NCBI GenBank assembly: GCA_964016885.1
Contig: OZ024745.1
Span: 6,386,001 to 6,450,000 of the forward strand
Source: Eledone cirrhosa
Lineage: Eukaryota
Direction: 5' to 3'
DNA: 64,000 nt
The position numbers were made by a program, and so were the translations under genes. Position 1 is the stretch's first letter. Each line of letters opens with the position of its first letter. Of the stretch, positions 47,330 through 61,400 are shown in pieces. The notes below the pieces were generated by a model. That model was not told the DNA's origin and did no database searches. It worked only from the letters and a program-made list of their open reading frames with translations.

Positions 47330-50300
47330 ACTGTCAGATATAGTATTATAATACTGTCAGTTATAGTATTATAACACTGTCAGATATAGTATTATAATAC
47401 TCTCAGATATAGTATTATAATACTGTCAGATATATTATTATAATACTGTCAGATATAGTATTATAATACTGTCAGATATGTTATTATAATACTGTAAGAT
47501 ATAGTATTATATTACTGTCAGATATAGTATTATAATACTGTCAGATATGTTATTATAATACTGTAAGATATTGTATTATATTACTGTCAGATATAGTATT
47601 ATAATACTGTCAGATATAGTATTATAATACTGTCATATATAGTATTATAATACTTCTCACATATAGTATTATATTACTGTCAGATATAGTATTATAATAC
47701 TGTCTGACAGTATTATATTACTCTCAGATATAGTATTATATTACTGTCAGATATAGTATTATAATACTGTCAGATATAGTGTTATAATACTGTCAGATAT
47801 AGTATTATAATACTGTCAGATATAGTATTATATTACTGTTAGATATAGTATTATAATACTGTCAGATATATTATTATAATACTGTCTGAGATAGTATTAT
47901 ATTACTGTCAGATATAGTATTATATTACTGTCAGATATAGTATTATGTTACTGTCAGATATAGTATTATAATACTGTCAGATATAATATTATAATACCTC
48001 AGATATAGAATTATAATACTGTCTGATATAGTATTATATTATTGTCAGATATAGTATTATAATACTCTCAGATATAGTATTATATTACTGTTGGATATAG
48101 TATTATAATACTGTCTGATATAGTATTATAATACTGTCAGATATAGTATTATATTACTGTTAGATATAGTATTATATTTCTGTCTGATATCGTATTATAT
48201 TACTGTCAGATATAGTATTATAATACTGTCAGATATGGTATTATAATACTGTCAGATATAGTATTATATTACTGTCAGATATAGTATTATAAACTGTCAG
48301 ATATAGTATTATAATACTGTCAGTTATAGTATTATAACACTGTCAGATATAGTATTATAATACTGTCAGATATAGTATTATAATACTGTCAGATATGTCA
48401 TTATAATACTGTGAGATATAGTATTATATTACTGTCAGATATAGTATTATAATACTGTCAGATATAGTATTATATTACTGTCAGATATAGTATTATATTA
48501 CTGTCAGATCTAGTATTATAATACTGTCTGATATTGTATCATATCACTGTCAGATATAGTATAATAATACTGTCAGTTATAGTATTATATTACTGTCAGA
48601 TATAGTATTATAATACTTTCAGATATTGTATTATATCACTGTCAGATATTGTATTATATCACTGTCAGATATTGTATTATAGTACTGTCAGATATAGTGT
48701 TACAATATTTCTGATACTGTATTATATCACTGTCAGATATAGTATTATAATACTAACAGATATAATATTATAATACTGTCAGATATAGAATTATATTACT
48801 GTCAGATATAGTATTATATTATTGTCAGGTATAGTATTATAATACTGTCAGATATAGTATTATATTACTGTCAGATATAGTATTATAATACTGCAGATAG
48901 AGTATTATAATACTGTCTGACAGTATTATATTCCTGTCAGATATAGTATTATATTACTGTTAGATATAGTGTTATAATACTGTCAGATATAGTATTATAA
49001 TACTGTCAGATATAGTATTATAATACTGTCAGATATAGTAATATATTATGTCAGATAGAGTATTATATTACTGTCAGATATAGTATTATATTACTGTCTG
49101 ATATAGTATTATAATACTGTCAGATATAGTATTATATTACTGTCAGATATAGTATTATATTACTGTCTGATATAGTATTATATTACTGTCAGATCTAGTG
49201 TTATAATACTGTCAGATCTAGTATTATAATACTGTCTGACAGTATTATATTATTGTCAGATATAGTATTATATTACTGTCAGATATAGTGTTATAATACT
49301 GTCAGATATAGTATTATATTACTGTCAGATATAGTGTTATAATACTGTATGATAGAGTATTATAATATTGTCAGATATTGTATCATATTTCTGTCAGATA
49401 TAGTATTATAATACTTCTCAGATATAGTATTATATTACTGTTAGATATAGTATTATAATACAGTCAGATATTGTATTATATTACTGTCAGATATCGTATT
49501 ATAATACTTCTCAGATATAGCATTATATTACTGTCAGATATAGTATTATAATACTGTCTGACAGTATTATATTACTGTCAGATATAGTATTATATTACTG
49601 CCAGATATAGTATTATAATACTGTCAGATATAGTGTTATAATACTGTCAGATATAGTATTATAATACTGTCAGATATAGTATTATATTACTGTTAGATAT
49701 AGTATTATAATACTGTCAGATATAGTATTATAATACTGTCTGAGATAGTATTATATTACTGTCAGATATAGTATTATATTACTGTCAGATATAATATTAT
49801 ATTACTGTCTGAAATAGTATTATAATACTGTATGATATAGTATTATATTATTGTCAGATATGGTATTATAATAATCTCAGATATAGTATTATATTACTGT
49901 TAGATATAGTATTATAATACTGTCTGATATAGTATTATAATACTGTCAGATATGTTATTATAATACTGTAAGATATAGTATTATATTACTGTCAGATATA
50001 GTATTATAATACTGTCAGATATAGTATTATAATACTCTCAGATATAGTATTATAATACTGTCAGATATATTATTATAATACTGTCAGATATAGTATTATA
50101 ATACTGTCAGATATGTTATTATAATACTGTAAGATATAGTATTATATTACTGTCAGATATAGTATTATAATACTGTCAGATATGTTATTATAATACTGTA
50201 AGATATTGTATTATATTACTGTCAGATATAGTATTATAATACTGTCAGATATAGTATTATAATACTGTCATATATAGTATTATAATACTTCTCACATATA

Positions 50301-53300
50301 GTATTATATTACTGTCAGATATAGTATTATAATACTGTCTGACAGTATTATATTACTCTCAGATATAGTATTATATTACTGTCAGATATAGTATTATAAT
50401 ACTGTCAGATATAGTGTTATAATACTGTCAGATATAGTATTATAATACTGTCAGATATAGTATTATATTACTGTTAGATATAGTATTATAATACTGTCAG
50501 ATATATTATTATAATACTGTCTGAGATAGTATTATATTACTGTCAGATATAGTATTATATTACTGTCAGATATAGTATTATGTTACTGTCAGATATAGTA
50601 TTATAATACTGTCAGATATAATATTATAATACCTCAGATATAGAATTATAATACTGTCTGATATAGTATTATATTATTGTCAGATATAGTATTATAATAC
50701 TCTCAGATATAGTATTATATTACTGTTGGATATAGTATTATAATACTGTCTGATATAGTATTATAATACTGTCAGATATAGTATTATATTACTGTTAGAT
50801 ATAGTATTATATTTCTGTCTGATATCGTATTATATTACTGTCAGATATAGTATTATAATACTGTCAGATATGGTATTATAATACTGTCAGATATAGTATT
50901 ATATTACTGTCAGATATAGTATTATAAACTGTCAGATATAGTATTATAATACTGTCAGTTATAGTATTATAACACTGTCAGATATAGTATTATAATACTG
51001 TCAGATATAGTATTATAATACTGTCAGATATGTCATTATAATACTGTGAGATATAGTATTATATTACTGTCAGATATAGTATTATAATACTGTCAGATAT
51101 AGTATTATATTACTGTCTGATATAGTATTATAATACTGTCAGATATAGTATTATATTACTGTCAGATATAGTATTATATTACTGTCTGATACAGTATTAT
51201 AATACCGTCAGATATAGTATTATATTACTGTCTGACAGTATTATATTATTGTCAGATATAGTATTATATTACTGTCAGATATAGTGTTATAATACTGTCA
51301 GATATAGTATTATATTACTGTCAGATATAGTGTTATAATACTGTATGATAGAGTATTATAATATTGTCAGATATTGTATTATATTTCTGTCAGATATAGT
51401 ATTATAATACTTCTCAGATATAGTATTATATTACTGTTAGATATAGTATTATGATACTGTCAGATATTGTATTATATTACTGTCAGATATAGTATTATAA
51501 TACTTCTCAGATATAGTATTATATTACTGTCAGATATAGTATTATAATACTGTCTGACAGTATTATATTACTGTCAGATATAGTATTATATTACTGTCAG
51601 ATATAGTATTATAATACTGTCAGATATAGTGTTATAATACTGTCAGATATAGTATTATAATACTGTCAGATATACTATTATATTACTGTTAGACATAGTA
51701 TTATAATACTGTCAGATATAGTATTATAATACTGTCTGAGATAGTATTATATTACTGTCAGATATAGTATTATATTACTGTCAGATATAATATTATATTA
51801 CTGTCTGATATAGTATTATAATACTGTATGATAGAGTATTATATTACTGTCAGATATAGTATTATAATACTGTCAGATATAGTGTTATAATACTGTCAGA
51901 TATAGTATTATAATACTGTCAGATATACTATTATATTACTGTCAGATATAGTATTATATTACTGTCTGATACAGTATTATAATACCGTCAGATATAGTAT
52001 TATATTACTGTCAGATATAGTATTATGTTACTGTCTGATATAGTATTATATTACTGTCAGATCTAGTGTTATAATACTGTCAGATCTAGTATTATAATAC
52101 TGTCTGACAGTATTATATTATTGTCAGATATAGTATTATATTACTGTCAGATATAGTGTTATAATACTGTCAGATATAGTATTATATTACTGTCTGATAT
52201 AGTATTATAATACTGTCAGATATATTATTATATTACTGTCAGATATAGTATTATAATGCTATCAGATATAGTATTATATTACTGTCTGATATAGTATTAT
52301 ATTACTGTCAGATCTAGTGTTATAATACTGTCAGATCTAGTATTATAATACTGTCTGACAGTATTATATTATTGTCAGATATAGTATTATATTACTGTCA
52401 GATATAGTGTTATAATACTGTCAGATATAGTATTATATTACTGTCAGATATAGTGTTATAATACTGTATGATAGAGTATTATAATATTGTCAGATATTGT
52501 ATCATATTTCTGTCAGATATAGTATTATAATACTTCTCAGATATAGTATTATATTACTGTTAGATATAGTATTATAATACAGTCAGATATTGTATTATAT
52601 TACTGTCAGATATCGTATTATAATACTTCTCAGATATAGCATTATATTACTGTCAGATATAGTATTATAATACTGTCTGACAGTATTATATTACTGTCAG
52701 ATATAGTATTATATTACTGCCAGATATAGTATTATAATACTGTCAGATATAGTGTTATAATACTGTCAGATATAGTATTATAATACTGTCAGATATAGTA
52801 TTATATTACTGTTAGATATAGTATTATAATACTGTCAGATATAGTATTATAATACTGTCTGAGATAGTATTATATTACTGTCAGATATAGTATTATATTA
52901 CTGTCAGATATAATATTATATTACTGTCTGAAATAGTATTATAATACTGTATGATATAGTATTATATTATTGTCAGATATGGTATTATAATAATCTCAGA
53001 TATAGTATTATATTACTGTTAGATATAGTATTATAATACTGTCTGATATAGTATTATAATACTGTCAGATATAGTATTATATTACTGTTAGATATAGTAT
53101 TATATTTCTGTCTGATATCGTATTATATTACTGTCAGATATAGTATTATAATACTGTCAGATATAGTATTATAATACTGTCAGATATAGTATTATAATAC
53201 TGTGAGATATAGTATTATATTACTGTCAGATATAATATTATATTACTGTCAGATATAGTATTATAATACTGTCTTATAGAGTATTATAATACTGTCAGAT

Positions 53301-56300
53301 ATAGTATTATATTACTGTCAGATATAGTATTATAAACTGTCAGATATAGTATTATAATACTGTCAGTTATAGTATTATAACACTGTCAGATATAGTATTA
53401 TAATACTGTCAGATATAGTATTATATTACTGTCAGATATAGTATTATAATACTGTCAGATATAATATTATATTACTGTCAGATCTAGTATTATAATACTG
53501 TCTGATATCGTATCATATCACTGTCAGATATAGTATAATAATACTGTCAGTTATAGTATTATATTACTGTCAGATATAGTATTATAATACTGTCAGATAT
53601 TGTATTATATCACTGTCAGATATAGTATAATAATACTGTCAGATATTGTATTATATCACTGTCAGATATTGTATTATATTACTGTCAGATATAGTATTAT
53701 AATATTTCTGATACTGTATTATATCACTGTCAGATATAGTATTATAATACTGTCATATATAGTATTATATTACTGTCAGATATAGTATTATAATACTGTC
53801 AGATATATTATTATATCACTGTCAGATATAGTATTATAATACTGTCAGTTATAGTATTATAACACTGTCAGATATAGTATTATAATACTCTCAGATATAG
53901 TATTATAATACTGTCAGATATATTATTATAATACTGTCAGATATAGTATTATAATACTGTCAGATATGTTATTATAATACTGTAAGATATAGTATTATAT
54001 TACTGTCAGATATAGTATTATAATACTGTCAGATATGTTATTATAATACTGTAAGATATTGTATTATATTACTGTCAGATATAGTATTATAATACTGTCA
54101 GATATAGTATTATAATACTGTCATATATAGTATTATAATACTTCTCACATATAGTATTATATTACTGTCAGATATAGTATTATAATACTGTCTGACAGTA
54201 TTATATTACTCTCAGATATAGTATTATATTACTGTCAGATATAGTATTATAATACTGTCAGATATAGTGTTATAATACTGTCAGATATAGTATTATAATA
54301 CTGTCAGATATAGTATTATATTACTGTTAGATATAGTATTATAATACTGTCAGATATATTATTATAATACTGTCTGAGATAGTATTATATTACTGTCAGA
54401 TATAGTATTATATTACTGTCAGATATAGTATTATGTTACTGTCAGATATAGTATTATAATACTGTCAGATATAATATTATAATACCTCAGATATAGAATT
54501 ATAATACTGTCTGATATAGTATTATATTATTGTCAGATATAGTATTATAATACTCTCAGATATAGTATTATATTACTGTTGGATATAGTATTATAATACT
54601 GTCTGATATAGTATTATAATACTGTCAGATATAGTATTATATTACTGTTAGATATAGTATTATATTTCTGTCTGATATCGTATTATATTACTGTCAGATA
54701 TAGTATTATAATACTGTCAGATATGGTATTATAATACTGTCAGATATAGTATTATATTACTGTCAGATATAGTATTATAAACTGTCAGATATAGTATTAT
54801 AATACTGTCAGTTATAGTATTATAACACTGTCAGATATAGTATTATAATACTGTCAGATATAGTATTATAATACTGTCAGATATGTCATTATAATACTGT
54901 GAGATATAGTATTATATTACTGTCAGATATAGTATTATAATACTGTCAGATATAGTATTATATTACTGTCAGATATAGTATTATATTACTGTCAGATCTA
55001 GTATTATAATACTGTCTGATATTGTATTATATCACTGTCAGATATTGTATTATATCACTGTCAGATATTGTATTATAGTACTGTCAGATATAGTGTTACA
55101 ATATTTCTGATACTGTATTATATCACTGTCAGATATAGTATTATAATACTAACAGATATAATATTATAATACTGTCAGATATAGAATTATATTACTGTCA
55201 GATATAGTATTATATTATTGTCAGGTATAGTATTATAATACTGTCAGATATAGTATTATATTACTGTCAGATATAGTATTATAATACTGCAGATAGAGTA
55301 TTATAATACTGTCTGACAGTATTATATTCCTGTCAGATATAGTATTATATTACTGTTAGATATAGTGTTATAATACTGTCAGATATAGTATTATAATACT
55401 GTCAGATATAGTATTATAATACTGTCAGATATAGTAATATATTATGTCAGATAGAGTATTATATTACTGTCAGATATAGTATTATATTACTGTCTGATAT
55501 AGTATTATAATACTGTCAGATATAGTATTATATTACTGTCAGATATAGTATTATATTACTGTCTGATATAGTATTATATTACTGTCAGATCTAGTGTTAT
55601 AATACTGTCAGATCTAGTATTATAATACTGTCTGACAGTATTATATTATTGTCAGATATAGTATTATATTACTGTCAGATATAGTGTTATAATACTGTCA
55701 GATATAGTATTATATTACTGTCAGATATAGTATTATAATACTGTCTGACAGTATTATATTACTGTCAGATATAGTATTATATTACTGTCAGATATAGTAT
55801 TATGTTACTGTCAGATATAGTATTATAATACTGTCAGATATAATATTATAATACCTCAGATATAGAATTATAATACTGTCTGATATAGTATTATATTATT
55901 GTCAGATATAGTATTATAATACTCTCAGATATAGTATTATATTACTGTTGGATATAGTATTATAATACTGTCTGATATAGTATTATAATACTGTCAGATA
56001 TAGTATTATATTACTGTTAGATATAGTATTATATTTCTGTCTGATATCGTATTATATTACTGTCAGATATAGTATTATAATACTGTCAGATATGGTATTA
56101 TAATACTGTCAGATATAGTATTATATTACTGTCAGATATAGTATTATAAACTGTCAGATATAGTATTATAATACTGTCAGTTATAGTATTATAACACTGT
56201 CAGATATAGTATTATAATACTGTCAGATATAGTATTATAATACTGTCAGATATGTCATTATAATACTGTGAGATATAGTATTATATTACTGTCAGATATA

Positions 56301-58460
56301 GTATTATAATACTGTCAGATATAGTATTATATTACTGTCAGATATAGTATTATATTACTGTCAGATCTAGTATTATAATACTGTCTGATATTGTATTATA
56401 TCACTGTCAGATATTGTATTATATCACTGTCAGATATTGTATTATAGTACTGTCAGATATAGTGTTACAATATTTCTGATACTGTATTATATCACTGTCA
56501 GATATAGTATTATAATACTAACAGATATAATATTATAATACTGTCAGATATAGAATTATATTACTGTCAGATATAGTATTATATTATTGTCAGGTATAGT
56601 ATTATAATACTGTCAGATATAGTATTATATTACTGTCAGATATAGTATTATAATACTGCAGATAGAGTATTATAATACTGTCTGACAGTATTATATTCCT
56701 GTCAGATATAGTATTATATTACTGTTAGATATAGTGTTATAATACTGTCAGATATAGTATTATAATACTGTCAGATATAGTATTATAATACTGTCAGATA
56801 TAGTAATATATTATGTCAGATAGAGTATTATATTACTGTCAGATATAGTATTATATTACTGTCTGATATAGTATTATAATACTGTCAGATATAGTATTAT
56901 ATTACTGTCAGATATAGTATTATATTACTGTCTGATATAGTATTATATTACTGTCAGATCTAGTGTTATAATACTGTCAGATCTAGTATTATAATACTGT
57001 CTGACAGTATTATATTATTGTCAGATATAGTATTATATTACTGTCAGATATAGTGTTATAATACTGTCAGATATAGTATTATATTACTGTCAGATATAGT
57101 GTTATAATACTGTATGATAGAGTATTATAATATTGTCAGATATTGTATCATATTTCTGTCAGATATAGTATTATAATACTTCTCAGATATAGTATTATAT
57201 TACTGTTAGATATAGTATTATAATACAGTCAGATATTGTATTATATTACTGTCAGATATCGTATTATAATACTTCTCAGATATAGCATTATATTACTGTC
57301 AGATATAGTATTATAATACTGTCTGACAGTATTATATTACTGTCAGATATAGTATTATATTACTGCCAGATATAGTATTATAATACTGTCAGATATAGTG
57401 TTATAATACTGTCAGATATAGTATTATAATACTGTCAGATATAGTATTATATTACTGTTAGATATAGTATTATAATACTGTCAGATATAGTATTATAATA
57501 CTGTCTGAGATAGTATTATATTACTGTCAGATATAGTATTATATTACTGTCAGATATAATATTATATTACTGTCTGAAATAGTATTATAATACTGTATGA
57601 TATAGTATTATATTATTGTCAGATATGGTATTATAATAATCTCAGATATAGTATTATATTACTGTTAGATATAGTATTATAATACTGTCTGATATAGTAT
57701 TATAATACTGTCAGATATAGTATTATATTACTGTTAGATATAGTATTATATTTCTGTCTGATATCGTATTATATTACTGTCAGATATAGTATTATAATAC
57801 TGTCAGATATAGTATTATAATACTGTCAGATATAGTATTATAATACTGTGAGATATAGTATTATATTACTGTCAGATATAATATTATATTACTGTCAGAT
57901 ATAGTATTATAATACTGTCTTATAGAGTATTATAATACTGTCAGATATAGTATTATATTACTGTCAGATATAGTATTATAAACTGTCAGATATAGTATTA
58001 TAATACTGTCAGTTATAGTATTATAACACTGTCAGATATAGTATTATAATACTGTCAGATATAGTATTATATTACTGTCAGATATAGTATTATAATACTG
58101 TCAGATATAATATTATATTACTGTCAGATCTAGTATTATAATACTGTCTGATATCGTATCATATCACTGTCAGATATAGTATAATAATACTGTCAGTTAT
58201 AGTATTATATTACTGTCAGATATAGTATTATAATACTGTCAGATATTGTATTATATCACTGTCAGATATAGTATAATAATACTGTCAGATATTGTATTAT
58301 ATCACTGTCAGATATTGTATTATATTACTGTCAGATATAGTATTATAATATTTCTGATACTGTATTATATCACTGTCAGATATAGTATTATAATACTGTC
58401 ATATATAGTATTATATTACTGTCAGATATAGTATTATAATACTGTCAGATATATTATTAT
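47330..58460. repeat. Mosaic of nested higher-order duplications (offsets about 2635, 1369 and 4646 bp)
   Basis: Block ATACCTCAG...CTGTTGGAT...ATGGTATT...ATGTCATT...GTGAG recurs at about 47995, 50630, 54483 and 55852. Block with CTGCCAG/CTGAAATAG/ATAATCTCAG recurs at about 49600, 52720 and 57365. Identical ORFs at 53600/58246. Confidence 0.8.
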
Positions 58461-61400
58461 AATACTGTAAGATATAGTATTATATTACTGTCAGATATAG
58501 TATTATGATACTATCAGATATAATATTATAATACAGTCAGATATAGAATTATATTACTGTCAGATATAATATTATATTATTGTCAGACATAGTATTATAA
58601 TACTGTCAGATATAATGTTATAATACTGTCAGATATATTATTATATTACTGTCATATATAGTATTATAATGCTATCAGATATAGTATTATATTACTGTCA
58701 GATATAGTATTATATTACTGTCAGATATAGTATTATGATACTGTCAGATAGAGTATTATAATACTGTCTGACAGTATTATATTCCTGTCAGATATAGTAT
58801 TATATTACTGTTAGATATAGTGTTATAATACTGTCAGATATAGTATTACAATACTGTCAGATATAGTATTATAATACTGTCAGATATAGTAATATATTAT
58901 GTCAGATATAGTATTATATTACTGTCAGATATAGTATTATATTACTGTCTGATATAGTATTATAATACTGTCAGATATAGTATTATATTACTGTCAGATA
59001 TAGTATTATATTACTGTCTGATACAGTATTATAATACCGTCAGATATAGTATTATATTACTGTCAGATATAGAATTATATTACTGTCTGATATAGTATTA
59101 TATTACTGTCAGATCTAGTGTTATAATACTGTCAGATATAGTATTATAATACTGTCTGACAGTATTATATTATTGTCAGATATAGTATTATATTACTGTC
59201 AGATATAGTGTTATAATACTGTCAGATATAGTATTATATTACTGTCAGATATAGTGTTATAATACTGTATGATAGAGTATTATAATATTGTCAGATATTG
59301 TATTATATTTCTGTTAGATATATTATTATAATACTTCTCAGATATAGTATTATATTACTGTTAGATATAGTATTATAATACTGTCAGATATTGTATTATA
59401 TTACTGTCAGATATAGTATTATATTACTTCTCAGATATAGTATTATATTACTGTCAGATATAGTATTATAATACTGTCTGACAGTATTATATTACTGTTA
59501 GATATAGTATTATATTACTGTCAGATATAGTATTATAATACTGTCAGATATAGTGTTATAATACTGTCAGATATAGTATTATAATACTGTCAGATATAGT
59601 ATTATAATACTGTCTGAGATAGTATTATATTACTGTCAGATATCGTATTATATTACTGTCAGATATAGTATTATATTACTGTCAGATATAGTATTATAAT
59701 ACTGTCAGATATAATATTATAATACTGTCAGATATCGAATTATAATACTGTCTGATATAGTATTATATTATTGTAAGATATAGTATTATAATACTCTCAG
59801 ATATAGTATTATATTACTGTTAGATATAGTATTATAATACTGTCTGATATAGTATTATAATACTGTCAGATATAGTATTATATTACTGTTAGATATAGTA
59901 TTATATTTCTGTCTGATATCGTATTATATTACTGTCAGATATAGTATTATAATACTGTCAGTTATAGTATTATATTACTGTAAGATATAGTATTATAATA
60001 CTGTCAGATATTGTATTATATCACTGTCAGATATAGTATTATAATACTGCCAGATATAGTATTATATTACTGTCAGATATAGTATTATAATACTGTCTGA
60101 TAGAGTATTATAATACTGTCTGACAGTATTATATTACTGTCAGATATAGTATTATATTACTGTCAGATATTGTATTATATTACTGTCAGATATAGTATTA
60201 TAATACTTCTCAGATATAGTATTATAATACTGTCTGACAGTATTATAATACTGTCAGATATAGTATTATAATACTGTCAGATATAGTGTTATAATACTGT
60301 CAGATATAGTATTATAATACTGTCAGATATAGTATCATATTACTGTTAGATATAGTATTATAATACTGTCAGATATAGTATTATATTAATGTCAGATATA
60401 GTATTATAAACTGTCAGATATAGTATTATAATACTGTCAGTTATAATATTATAACACTGTCAGAAATAGTATTATAATACTGTCAGATATAGTATTATAA
60501 TACTGTCAGATATATTATTACAATACTGTCAGATATAGTATTATATTACTGTCAGATATAGTATTATAATACTGTCAGATATAGTATTATATTACTGTCA
60601 GATATAGTATTATATTACTGTCAAATATAGTATTATAATACTGTCAGATATTGTATTATATCACTGTCAGATATAGTATTATAATACTGTCAGTTATAGT
60701 ATTATATTACTGTCAGATATAGTATTATAATACTGTCAGATATTGTATTATATTACTGTCAGATATAGTATTATAATACTGTCAGATATAGTATTATATT
60801 ACTGTCAGATATAGTATTATATTACTGTCATATATAGTATTATAATACTGTCTGATATTGTATTATATCTCTGTCAGATATAGTATAATAATACTCTCAG
60901 TTATAGTATTATATTACTGTCAGATATAGTATTATATTACTGTCAGATATAGTATTATATTACTGTCAGATATAGTATTATATTACTGTCAGATATAGTA
61001 TTATAATACTGTCAGATATATTATTATAATACTGTAAGATATAGTATTATATTACTGTCAGATATAGTATTATGATACTATCAGATATAATATTATAATA
61101 CAGTCAGATATAGAATTATATTACTGTCAGATATAATATTATATTATTGACAGACATAGTATTATAATACTGTCAGATATAATGTTATAATACTGTCAGA
61201 TATATTATTATATTACTGTCATATATAGTATTATAATGCTATCAGATATAGTATTAAATTACTGTCAGATATAGTATTATATTACTGTCAGATATAGTAT
61301 TATGATACTGTCAGATAGAGTATTATAATACTGTCTGACAGTATTATATTCCTGTCAGATATAGTATTATATTACTGTTAGATATAGTGTTATAATACTG

